Both the position numbers and the translations under genes were made by a program. This document shows positions 15,001-26,840 of a stretch of 64,000 nt of DNA, in pieces. Below the pieces are notes generated by a model. It was not told where the DNA came from and ran no database searches. It worked only from the letters and a program-made list of their open reading frames with translations. This stretch comes from Bugula neritina (Eukaryota > Animalia > Bryozoa), in NCBI GenBank assembly GCA_964035545.1, contig OZ037772.1, positions 10,476,818-10,540,817 of the forward strand. Direction: 5' to 3'. The number at the start of each line of letters is the position of its first letter. Position 1 is the stretch's first letter.

Positions 15001-16140
15001 TGTGGGTGGTCTGAGTATGGAGCACTGCTTGTCACAGCCACCCACAGTTCAGAGCATGTCGACATGTGATGTCATATTTGACTGCTAGATCAGGTGATCA
15101 GAGGGAAGCAGTAGTGAATAACAACCACCTGTTATTGAATGTATTCTCTGTTTATTTATTCATTTTTTCTCTCTGTCGTCTCTTTACAGTTGGAAGGTAT
15201 GAAACCTACCGACATAGACCCGTGCCTGCGGTATGAAATGTGCTCTCAGGCTATAGCTAGTCTCAACAGCATTGGAGATAACCTCAGTGCTCTGTTCAAA
15301 CCGATGTTTACTCAGGGTGGGTGTGTTAGCCTTCCACAATTTAAGTTTAAATATCTAATAATGACTATGAATAGACCCTTTGGTTCCTATTAACATGTAA
15401 GTTTGAGCTTCTGATAAAGTTGATGTATGTTTTGTTTATGGAAGTACAATAACCCGTTTCCTATCTGCAGGCAAGGAGTACGACAGAGCTATCCTTCTGA
15501 AAGCCGCCAACGCCATAAAAAGGAGTTGTCGTAACTTAGTCTTGGATTCTTCTCCTGACATCACGCCGCTGCTAGGGGCGGTGAATCATCTCTTCGCGGT
15601 TACAGAAGCAGAAGGGAAGGTCAAAGTTCACCACAAGACACCTAGAACTTCCCCATCTATTTCAGACCTTCGACCCAAAAGAGTTCTGCCCCAAGTTGCC
15701 AACACAGAAAAGGTAGCGTGTGGCATCTACTTGGTGCAAGTCATGTACACTGATAGTATAATATAATAATGTACCATATACTTATACTATAGTATGATTA
15801 TAATAACACAATATAATGGTAATATAGCATATAAACAATATAATATATTATGTAATATGATGATATATTGGGGTGATAATATAATTATAATGTGCTATAG
15901 TTGTGCTGGTATAGCAGCTTTAAAATTTGTGGAATTTTTTATCAATATCTGTTCATTTATTGGTCAAATTGAGTAAAATTTCAACTTCAATTATTTCTCT
16001 TTTCAACTCTTGCCTTGTAGCTGAAGCGAGTTTTACCTCCCTCCCCAGAGAGCTCTGACGTCTCATCTCCTCCTTCCTCTTCTAGTCCACCGAAAAGTGT
16101 GCTCAAACTAGCCGCCATGTTTGAGAATGACAAGTCGTGA
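28..16140 (+). CDS. KIF14: Kinesin-3 family motor, KIF14-like (5' end outside window); 25 exons, ~1260 aa visible
   Basis: Exons 28-156, 716-999, 1275-1373, 1556-1639, 1916-2023, 2883-3019, 3460-3663, 3996-4173, 4451-4553, 4974-5160, 5779-5884, 6340-6482, 6867-7047, 7319-7502, 8605-8687, 9176-9399, 12254-12441, 12906-13013, 13174-13373, 13695-13838, 14342-14453, 14774-14889, 15190-15316, 15471-15712, 16021-16140, all GT-AG and phase-consistent. Motifs: VAVRVRPF, P-loop GQTGSGKS, switch I NDKSSRSH, switch [24 protein letters not shown] region [12 protein letters not shown]...[17 protein letters not shown] (KIF14-like), then coiled coil. Confidence 0.93.
1456..1548. repeat. Intronic ~33-bp tandem repeat, about 3 copies
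   Basis: ACACTGTATGTGATCATGTGATGTATATATGTA-like units immediately before the acceptor at 1555. Confidence 0.75.
2030..2103. repeat. Intronic 18-bp tandem repeat, about 4 copies
   Basis: Repeated (T)ACTTCCTGTTTCAC core just after the donor at 2024. Confidence 0.7.
4535..4786 (+). repeat. 7 x 36-bp tandem repeat (ABABABA) spanning the exon 9 donor of KIF14
   Basis: A=TCCGCCCTCGAGCATACTGGTGAGTATTGGTAATTG, B=TCTTCTCTCGAACATACTGGTGAGTATTGGTAATTG. Confidence 0.97.
12528..12762. repeat. Intronic 15-bp degenerate tandem repeat
   Basis: GTCATTACTAATTAA-like units; explains the spurious Leu/Ile/Ser ORF 12533-12721. Confidence 0.85.
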
Positions 16141-16691
16141 CCTAAAGCTACTCTCTCCCAGTTGACCTTGACATTGCGTTGCTGGCCTTGACCTCCATTT
16201 CCTTCCTCTTCTAGCTGACATTTCTTTCTATAGTTCTATGTGAGCATACTAAATTATATTGTTTCTCTCCTCTAATACAAATAGTTATATATACAATAAT
16301 GCCTTGTAAAGATATTATGTTTGTGTGAAAATGAGAAGCTTTATCAATATTGAACTGTTACCTTTTATTCTGTTTATCACCTATTTTTTCTATGTGTATT
16401 TATATTGACATTTTACACTTCTCGGTATTTTACTCATTGATTTTGATATTATTTCTGTTGACCTAGTATTTGTTAGCCATATTGTAGTTCAGTGTTGCTT
16501 TGTTATGACAGGCTTTCTCTTTCCTAATTAGTCATTTTATACAGAAATAACATCTGCTAACTCATTCAACTGAATATTTTTTGTTTCCTTCTCATTTTAT
16601 TTTTAATTTTTCAGCTGCAGCATGCATATATTTATTTGCAGATATCATTTTTGTACCATATAATGAATTGACTTTTATGATCAGCATGTAT

Positions 16692-16705
16692 AATAAACAT
16701 TTATT
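16692..16705. terminator. Adjacent convergent polyadenylation signals
   Basis: AATAAA at 16692-16697 (+) and TTTATT at 16700-16705 (AATAAA on -), lying between the stops of two convergent genes. Confidence 0.45.
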
Positions 16706-16963
16706 CATAAGAGAATGCAAATATAATAATTATGTTATTTTTTTTAAATACTAAATTATTCTGTTTTGAGTAGTAATTACGCATAATATCAAAGTCCACC
16801 AAAGTTTCTGCTAGGTTAATGATATCATAACATAATTTCAAGTATCATATTCATAAAATAATAATTCCTTAAACCATGTCCACTTTCTTACTACACTGTC
16901 TATATTAGTCACTACTCTGATAAACACACTTCCTATAGAACAGCTGTCTATATGACAAACGTC

Positions 16964-19900
16964 TTAAAGTTTTGTAGCTTTACAGGCCTTTCTCTTCACA
17001 GTTGTGTAGTGGTTACCTGAACAAGGTAAGCACGCAGCTTTCTTCGCTGAATCATCATCACTATAATCGACAATTCTTCCTTTTCTGTAGCTAAAACTTT
17101 GACCAGCTGTCGGAGTTTGCTGATCCCGCCTGGCGAGGTTTTCCCACAATGCTGAGTTGTTTTCTCCTTGCTTGGAATATTTGATTGGCTGCTCTTTGCT
17201 CAGTACTGCAGGTTCATTTTCATGTAATTTGGCAGGTCTGTTTTCATCTGGTATAGCCTGTCTGTAACTACCTAGTATGACAGGTCTGTTTTCATTTGAC
17301 ATGGTAGGCATGGCTCTTCTTTTAGGGCTCTCTCTTCTTTCCTGAACAAAGTATGCAGGTCTATGATATACTTTGTTGAAAAGAAATTGGCCGTCTGCTA
17401 GTGGGTGCAGCAACATAGATCCTTTTGATTCCAGATGTTCTCTCTAAAATAATATTTTTATAACTTTTATAGATTAGACTGAAAAAAAATTGTCTAAATG
17501 ACCATCATGTGTTTTATCATTTCCCCCAATTCATTTAGCAGATATACCATAGGAAAATTATTAAGAACTCATACTAAACAAGGTTCCCTACTAGTTGAAT
17601 GTTTTTTCTTTTATACTACATGCACGGTTAGCTATATTCAATATAGCTAAAAGTAACTTGGCTTTTTGCACAACCATTCAAGTAGCTTTTAATAATGAAG
17701 ATAATGTAAATATTTTAGTTCGATTTTATGGAACTAATTTATATCTATGTCTAAACACAGTTGAACTCAATATTTAACTCTGTCTATAAATACTAACTGT
17801 GTTTTGAAATGAGAAACTTTCACTAATTGATGGAGTTTCATACAGTTCCCCTTCTGTTTCCTTAGCAACTGGTTCACTCAGAGTCTGAGTGCTTCTTGGG
17901 GATGGTAGAGGAGGTGTCTCAGAAAATAATGTAGTTATTCTTTCGTATGTATGACTCACTCTCTCCTGTTTCTTTCTCCGCATTCCTTCTTTATTTTCAC
18001 TTCTTTGTCTCATCATAGCACAGTCTGGTTGAACATCTCTAGCTTTACTCTCTGATTTTTCTCTGAGCCAAACTTGTTGACCATCTCTAGATTCAGTTTC
18101 AGCTTTTCCTCTAAAGTGATCTTGCTGACGTTGAAAATTTCTGGCTTTTGCTTCTGGTTTCACCATTAGACCTCCTTGTTGGTATTCTCTAGCTGTGCTC
18201 TCTGATCTTTCTCTAAAACGATTATTTTGACCATCTCTGATTCTGCTTTCTACTCCTTGTCTAACGTAACCTTGTTGATGATTTGCAATTTTTATTTCTG
18301 GTCTTATCATAACACCTCTTTGATGTCCATCTCTGAGTTTACTTTCTTCTTTCTCTCTAAGATCACCTTCCTGGCTGTTCTTGACTCCACCTTCTGCTTT
18401 TTGGCTTGAATAATCTTGATCACAAGTTATTACTTTAGTTTCTGATCCTTCTCTGGTACCATCTTGTTGGCCATTTTTAATTTTTTTTTCTTGGCTCATC
18501 ATTAAACTACCTTGCTGAATGTTTCCTGTTTTCTTGTCCAATGTTACTCTTGGAAGTTCTTGTTGAATATTCATAACTTTCCGAGGCCCTTGAGCATAAC
18601 CTCTTGCTGGAACTCTGAAGCTGTTGCCTACATTTTCATTTGGTTGTGACGATCTGTTATGACTTCCTGGAGAAAAGCTATTCTCTAGTTGTGTTGGTTT
18701 ACATTCTCCTTTATAAGCATCATATCTATAGCTCTGCAAAGAAAAGTTTGTATGTCGATAAATAGAATACTTTATGACTAATCAATAATACGATCCATGA
18801 GTTTTATAGGCCGATAATCAAAAGTTATTTGTTTTGCATATTCTTAACATATTATAATGATCCAAAATTGCAAATTTTTATTATATGATTTTATGAGAGG
18901 CTTAAGGATAATGAAAATCAATAGCCATGGTATAAAACATATTATTATTTTACAATATACAATTGACCCTGAAAAAATTAATATGGACATACAAAATAGC
19001 TATAAGTAATATATATAAAATTATCAAATGATGCAACTCTTGGTAAATGAAAATGTTTTAACTTTTACCTTGGAAGGTTCTGGATTAGGTAATGTCATCT
19101 GATATACTCGAGCTTCAGATCTTTCTGAATGTCTATCCCTGTGTTTGGTTAATTTAGCAAGTTTAGCTACAATTACAATTCAATTAATCGAGTTATTATG
19201 ACCAAACCAGCCTATAATTATACAAAAAGCTAATATATATATATATTGCTATATGTGCTATGTCGGTAAAAATTACAAATTAAATTGTTTATGGCACTTT
19301 ATAGAGCTTTATCAAAAGTCAATTGCATAATGTTGAAATTTATTTATAGATTACATGATTTTTGTGATGTTATAGTAAATGAAAAACAGTCTTACTAAAG
19401 TTTCTTAAACATGGAAGAAGTCAATTTTCTTTTTCCTAGTGCTGATAGTCTGATACAAACACATTCTACGCTTTGCCATAGCAGCCCATGCAGTTGGGCT
19501 TTTATTTTGCAATAAAGTAATGACACACTACTCTCATGCTTTAGTTGACATTTCTTAGGCTTCCATAGCAACGGAGTTTAAATACAATCATACAAGTTAA
19601 ATGTTGAGCAAAGATTTTCAACAGTATAGCACTTGTTGCATTATATAAGCAAGCTACATATAAAGTCGCAAATTTGGATTATTGGTTGTTGCAATTAATT
19701 GAAAAATTGTTATATATAATCAGAAGAGTTACCTAAAAACTGTGATGGTTGAAATATAACCATGCATACCACTACTCTGCTTTATTTGTCATTACTTTGG
19801 TTTTCACAACAACACAGTTTATTTATGTTTAATAAAAACTTGGCATAGCATAAGAGTTTATATATTATATAGAATTATTGCTTATTATATATAAAGAAAG

Positions 19901-20058
19901 TATATAGACAAAGTCAGAAACTTGAATAAACAATTTGAAATATAGTAACACTTACAGACTTTGAGATGAAATCTAAGCAGACACAGGATGTTGAGTATTT
20001 GTATGATACCGGCTGGTACTGTGATACACAGGATAAGTTCCCATTCCTTCAGCACCAT
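16964..20058 (-). CDS. Single-pass N-anchored membrane protein with long disordered Tyr-motif tail (adaptor-like), ~538 aa
   Basis: Exons 20058-19956 (MVLKEWELILCITVPAGIIQILNILCLLRFHLKV, TM), 19166-19069, 18733-17798, 17443-16964; 1617 nt in frame with canonical splice sites. Tail motifs VYQM, TYERI, LYETP, HYTTV. Confidence 0.75.
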
Positions 20059-21980
20059 CTCTTCTACTCAACAGAGCAGCACTAACTATCAGCCTGTGTA
20101 ACTAGCAGCAGATGCTGTCTTCTGCTTGCTGAGGTTTCTTGGAATTTAGCTGTGGTTTCCCAAACAACATCTGCAACTTATTTGGACACTTGCTTAACAT
20201 GCCCACCTCTGAATTTGTTTAGTTCTTGAGCTATCTATGCTCTATGTCACATACTGATACAGTAAATGTACTTAAATCAAATGTGTTTTTCTTTGAAGAT
20301 GTTGCATAAATATTTTATTTTGTGTTTCTGTGAGAGATTTTGCTTTCATGTAAAGAAGCAGCAGCTCTTAGAAACCTTTCATTTCTGAAATGTTGTCAAA
20401 ATACTATGAAGTATTTATATAAGATCAACTTTAACTATCTTATACCAAATGGAGTTGCATAAGCCCGTTTGGTACCTGCATAGCTGAAGAAAGTCATTAA
20501 TGCATTTATCAATTACTATACAATATAGTTAAAAAATGGCAAAAATCTTAAAGCTAAAAATAGCTGTTAAAATGTTAGCTCAGCAAGTTTTATTGATATA
20601 AGCATCTAATTTGTGATAAACTACAATTTTTCTCACATGATAATAATGTTGCACTTTAGTGTTCAGGACCTCCTCTTAGTTTTTTTTACATATTTTTATG
20701 GAATCAGCTCATTCAATTACCCCATCTACAGCAAATTTTCATAAATATTGAACCGACTTTATTTTTTGTCAAAATTTGCTAATGTGTATACTATAAACAA
20801 AGTAAAATGACTCAAATATAATGTTTATTAGCTGTAGGCTATATAGGTATTTAAATAGCTGTATAAAATTTACCATCATACCAAATCATGCTTAGCTTAA
20901 ACTTATGATATTCTCTCTTAATCTTAATTTTGGTAAATTCCTTAATAATTACTTTTATAAAAATAATAAAACAGCTATTTATTAATTAATAAGCTAATCA
21001 AACTTGTTGTAATTAGAATTGTTAGTCTAGAATGTTGCAGACCGAGGTTTTATTTTCAAGATTTTAGTATAAATAGAGATAAACGTATAATACAGGTCTT
21101 TCTTATTATAGAGAGATAATGACATAGCTATTTAACACCCTATATAGGGTGTTAAATATCATGATAAATGATTGCTCAACTGTGGTCAAATTAAATTTAA
21201 TTTTTGTCGCATTCGTTTACTAAAAAATTTCTTTTGTTTTGTAGATTATATATATGATAAAAATACCAAAATTTTAAACATTCAATTATATCTATATAAA
21301 AAAGCCTTTATTTATTATGATTTATATTTATTGCATAATTGGTTTACAATTAAAATTAAAGAAATACTGTAAATTATAATGAGAAAAAATTTTTTTCAAC
21401 TATAAGTTTGCATATTTTATAGCATTGCCTTTAAAGATTTGTCCAAAAGAAAACAATTTTTGCAGTAACAAAAAATTAGGTATGTAAAATGTTTATGAAT
21501 AATTCAGTATAGTTATATAACACTTTACAAAATTATCAAAGCTAGCACAAAAACAAAAAAAACAGAAATATTTTACAAGTAATAATTCATTATAGTTTAA
21601 TTTTGCCTCATCCATTGTTTAATACAGAATCAGTATAACTATGTTGCAAAATCATGAAAAATCATAGATAATTAAAAGTTGTTTTTTTCATATTCAATTT
21701 ATGTTTTATAAATTGAGTTGTATATAATGACTGTTTGATAATTTCACAAACAAAATGTTTAATTAACTTTGTTCAATTTTCTTTTTTCTTCTTTCCAATT
21801 AGAACATACTACACTTTGAAGATGTTTTAGGATTATAGCTGTCGGTCTTGGCTGTGATAAAAAAATTATATAACAAAGGCAGAGGGCTCTGGCCCAATTG
21901 CTTTTGGACCAGAAAACTTTGAGGCAAGAGATCCATGCTGTTCAGAGGCAAAAATTTCTAGGGCAGCTTGTTCTTTTAAC

Positions 21981-24487
21981 TTATAAAAACCTCTTTCGGT
22001 TTTTGTCACCATTTCTTTTAGTTTTAACCTGTTCACCTTTTTCTTTGGATTGCTCACTCACTGCATTTAAATTTTCTCTTGCTTTCGTTGCTTGTAATTC
22101 ATCATTTTTTTCTTGAACATCTTTTTCAATGGGGGCTCTTGGTGTAATTACGTTCATTGCCATATATCCAGAAGTATTGGTAGCTTGTAATTCAGAGTAT
22201 TTTGTATTTTCCTACAAAAAGTAATATACATACAAAATAGTTTTAACATCTGTAATAAGGCTTGAACAAGGTGTTGCATATTTAAACATGTAGATGTTAT
22301 ATAATACTTGAGCTTTAAGTTGAAAAGCTTTGAGTATTATAGACCTAAATATTTTCTTTTCTGTTTAAAGGTTTCATAGATAAATTCTGTCTATACAGAC
22401 TTTTATTGTTAACTTGGTGCTACGAAACCACGTGTTGAACATTTCTGCATTGTTCCATATTAGTGTTTATAATGTATTTGGTAGTTCTTTGTTCCAAATT
22501 GAATTTATATTTATAAATGTTAAAAACAGGTAAATGTCAATATGCAATTAAAAAGTATTTAACATAGTTTTTGCAACAATTGCACGTGATAATATGTTTT
22601 AATTGTAGATTTATTTTTTAAACTGCTTATATGAGTTGCAAGTTAAATACATGTTTCCCTAAAGAAAACAGTCATTACGCAACAGGCTAAACAACTTTTC
22701 TATACAAGTAAAATCATAATTTTATATATGAATGATTTCAATGACCCTATATCGCATTCCAAATTTCTAAATGTGCTTTTTACATATTATTTCATATTTA
22801 AAAGCATTTTAATCAGATAAAAACAGCCAAAACAACCTAATTTTTTTCAATTGCGTGAGGCTTTTGCTAAAACTTTGAATTTTTTATTTACCTTTCTTGG
22901 AAGAGAGAGATTGTCATAAAGATCCTGTACTTTAGTATTTTCAAGTGGTGGCTTGTGAACGGCTAATGGTGAGCTGTTTGGCTCTCCTGATATACTTTCG
23001 TAGTGATTATCTGTTTCTTTGTCAACTGGTAACTTATTCTCATCTGGTAATACTTCTATGCAACTTGAATATTCCTTCTCTCCTAAATCTTTGGTGTAAG
23101 AGAGAACTTTAGGACGTTTCCTGCTACCCTGGAAACAATGTTGCCATTAGACTAGAATATGGCTCATCTCCATAAAAGAGGACATGGAATATTACGTGAT
23201 GTATAGTATTTAGTGATTTAGCAACCTAGCTAACTTGATGTAATTGGCTAAACGCATAGATTCTCTCAAAAGTGGTTGAAAGTTGGATTAACTATATACG
23301 GACTTGTGCCCTGACTATAGTACTGCATGGAGACAGCACAAAAAGCATAAAAATTTATTCATGAGTGTCAAGTTGAGTAAGATCTTTGTTTAACAACCAT
23401 TACCTTAACATAAATTTAATATATTTTTTTATTTACCATAATTATAATACTAGTAAACTGTTTCTTTGAATACCCTGCATAATGTGATAGCTCCACTATA
23501 TATGTGTGAGTCATGCATGTCCAATATTTTTTACTTAAGATATTACCTTGACATTAGGTTGCCATCTTCCAGGCTCGTAGAAATCCTCAGAGCAAACCAA
23601 GCTGCTGCTCCTAACAGAACTTGACCTGGACACAACTGCAGTCTTTTCCCTAAATGCTGCCGATTTGCTTTCTTTTTTTCTATTGGCCGGTCTTTTCTTT
23701 GAGATTCGTACTGCCAATATGCGTTGCTTCTTTCTACTGGGCGCTAGCTCACCTGATATAAAAGCTGTAAAATAATCGGTTAAACTTATTTTCCGGTATA
23801 ACATTTTCTATAAGTAAAAGCTAATCAAGGCTTTTTACTGCCCAAAGGTAAACAAAGGTAGTTGGATATAAAAGGGCTATATAGTATAGGCTAGTTATTT
23901 AAAAAATTATTAAAAATAAATAATTGAACTGCATCAAACTATTTTTAACCCTTGGTAATATTAGGATTAGTAACTTATGCTGTCTTTGAACAGCATGACT
24001 ATTTCTCTATTAAGGTCAATAATATCATAGAACAACAAAAAAAACATAAGACCCTTAAGCATTTAGAGCTAAAACACTTTGGTGAACTTTATATGTAATA
24101 AAAAATGGTTTTTGGCTATACCTACAATTACTCTTTTGCGCAGAGAAAGACCGGTTTCCTTTAATTTGCAATTTTTCAATTCTATTTCAGATTTTTTAAT
24201 TTCAATATCTTTTGAAAGTATGCATGTTCATAGGTATTCAAAGTCAAATAACAAACAATAACAAATATGGAAAAGTGTGAATTATAGGTAGCAAAATGAC
24301 TGACAAAGTGATCAACTCATATATAATAGGGGTGTCTTAGTGAAATCAAATAAAACAGCATATATAGCTTACCATGATAAAGCCTTCTGAACATAGTAAC
24401 ATATATGGATGTAATAATCAAACTTGCTAGATTCATAAGAAATAAACCTATCTGCCATATGTAGTACCATGCTATAATTCCTTCCAT
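21981..24487 (-). CDS. Single-pass N-anchored membrane protein with SH2-type Tyr motifs (adaptor-like), ~262 aa
   Basis: Exons 24487-24373 (MEGIIAWYYIWQIGLFLMNLASLIITSIYVTMFRRLYH, TM), 23752-23547, 23128-22892, 22211-21981; 789 nt in frame. Basic juxtamembrane segment; motifs FYEP, HYESI, LYDNL, TKYSEL, GYMAM. Confidence 0.82.
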
Positions 24488-26347
24488 AACCAACTTAATG
24501 TACAGTGTTATGTAACACAAAGTTTACCTACTGCATGTAGCTTTTGGTGTCAAGTAATTTTTTTAGAATGATCTTAGATTCTTACACTCAAACTGAATGC
24601 TAACAACTAAAGTGTAAGATTATTACACAGATCTTGCTTTAGTCAAGTTCATGTCAAAACACTTGATGAGTAATTTTAGCAAAGCAGTTTATCTTTGATT
24701 AGGTTTACCTATGCATGATGAATACTTGGAAAACACTTATTTTGATGAACTATTCCTTTGAAATATTCACAGTTGTAGTTATATTGACAACAATTTAAAA
24801 CCATTTTAAAAATTGAAAACATCACATGAAAAGTTCCTAGTGTTTGTAAAAGCAGTTAGGATTGCAAAAACGTGTTTAAAGACACATGAATATTATATGC
24901 AGATGCAATGTTAAATGTAAGGAGGGTAGTGATTCGTTAAAAACATGGCAGCTCATTGTTATTTGTTTAGGAAAGCCGAGATATGGAGCATCTTTTTATA
25001 GGTCTATAGCAAAAAAACTCATTATATACTTTTGGACCAATCATGTTAAATTTTTGTATTTACTACATGCATTCTACATATTCGATAATACTGTCTCACA
25101 ACACAGCTCTATATCTATTAAAAAGTATTTGATACACTTCATCATCTATATATGCGCTATAATAAAATATTCACATATACTATACCTTAGTTATTATTTA
25201 CAGATATGGTTTAAAGGTTGTACCTACAAAAAATTTAGTTTTGTAAAACTTTCTGTTGTTATTTTGACAGCATAATTTAAAGTTGGCGTTAATTTTTATG
25301 GTGTCACAAACTAACAGTTATTATTGTTGACTTCATAATTGCATGATGTTCTTAGCCGCTGCAACACAAAGCCTTATCACTGAGCTGGTTTGAAGGTTTA
25401 AATTTCAGTTCAGTCACTTGAAATATTGTACACATTAACACTGAGCTGTGTTTGGTACAATAGCAATATATGATATTGGCCAAATGATTGATGAAATCTG
25501 TATATATAAAATGAGATGTCAATGTTGGAATTGCTACATGTGGCGGGTTTCATGTTGAGGCAGCACCCAGCATTCAATTTATATCAGGGCTGATGTACAC
25601 CCTATCTCCGAGACACGCTTATATATATATATATATAGTTGTATTGTAGGTCGTAAAATACCAGTCATTTTTAATGTATCCGGGCTGAAGTTCTCAAATT
25701 CTATTATTGGGTGTAATCCATGACAACTTGTTAGACATTTATATGCAATGAGTTGCCGAAAACGTCTTCCTAGCTGTTCAATAAGAGCCTGATGCAATAT
25801 TTTGCATTAGGCAGTGCTTAATCTTGACCTACTGCAACTGCTTATGAAAGCTTGGACATTTATAAACTGGCTGAGATTTGTTGTTATGGCCTGCAATAGG
25901 CAAAGTGTGTCCATAGGGTGTTTACAGGCACTACAATGGTTTAAGTAAAAGTTATTTAACTCTACTGGAAGCATGCCAATCAGTCAAAAACTTTGAACTT
26001 TGTTTTGTTGAGAAACTCATGGTATCCCGCATGATAAACCAGAGTAAACAATCTCGCTGTTAGTATTACACAATCAGAAACCTATTGAGTATATAGAAGA
26101 TGGACAAATACTTTTATAGATATCTCATAAGTTAAAAATTATGTAACATATATTATTATACTATGCAGACCAATTGCTTTGCATGGAAGGAATAAATTTT
26201 TCAATAATGTTTGAAAGCCATTGTATTAAATAAAACCACAACCATAAGATGATTCAAAATTTTATATATCACTAAAAAATTAGAAAAAGTGTCAATATAT
26301 TCGAACCAATGAAAGCGCAGCAGTGATATTATTCTATGATGTCTGTA

Positions 26348-26371
26348 GAAAAATCCCAAGTGGGAATTTCC
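26348..26371 (+). promoter_or_regulatory. Paired NF-kB/Rel-type sites upstream of 3CxxC gene copy 1
   Basis: GGGAATTTCC at 26362-26371 (matches GGGRNWYYCC) plus GAAAAATCCC at 26348-26357 (reverse GGGATTTTTC); ~240 bp upstream of the ATG and retained in the paralog. Confidence 0.55.
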
Positions 26372-26610
26372 AACAAGGCAAAACCAGATTGCAACATACA
26401 ATATATAACATACAAACTTACTACATTCATAGCTAAAAGCTGTGTTAGCATTTCGCAATCTTGCGCCATGTTATCTCATATATCAGGTCTGACATGTGAT
26501 AACAACATGTTACTAATCTAACAGCTTTAGCTGCAGGTACACACTGAATTTGTTACACCTTCATCTTGTATGCTCAACGTATCAGCAGAAAAGGTGTCAA
26601 CGCAGTCAGC

Positions 26611-26784
26611 ATGACAGAATATGGGTCAGACGAGTTTCTCTCATTTGACTTTGATGAACCATTTGTCTACAAGAAACCGACTGGTGACAGGTTTGTTGTC
26701 TATGCTGTTATAGGTACATATGAGTTTGTTTATAGTAGCAGCTAATACTTTCTATATTATACTTCAGCATATTCTATTATATGA

Positions 26785-26840
<56 letters not shown>

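Noticed and set aside
19396-19560. Additional coding exon of the minus-strand adaptor-like gene (GTAAG donor at 19395)
   Set aside because: No acceptor tested gave an open, phase-compatible frame; exons 19956-20058 and 19069-19166 join cleanly without it
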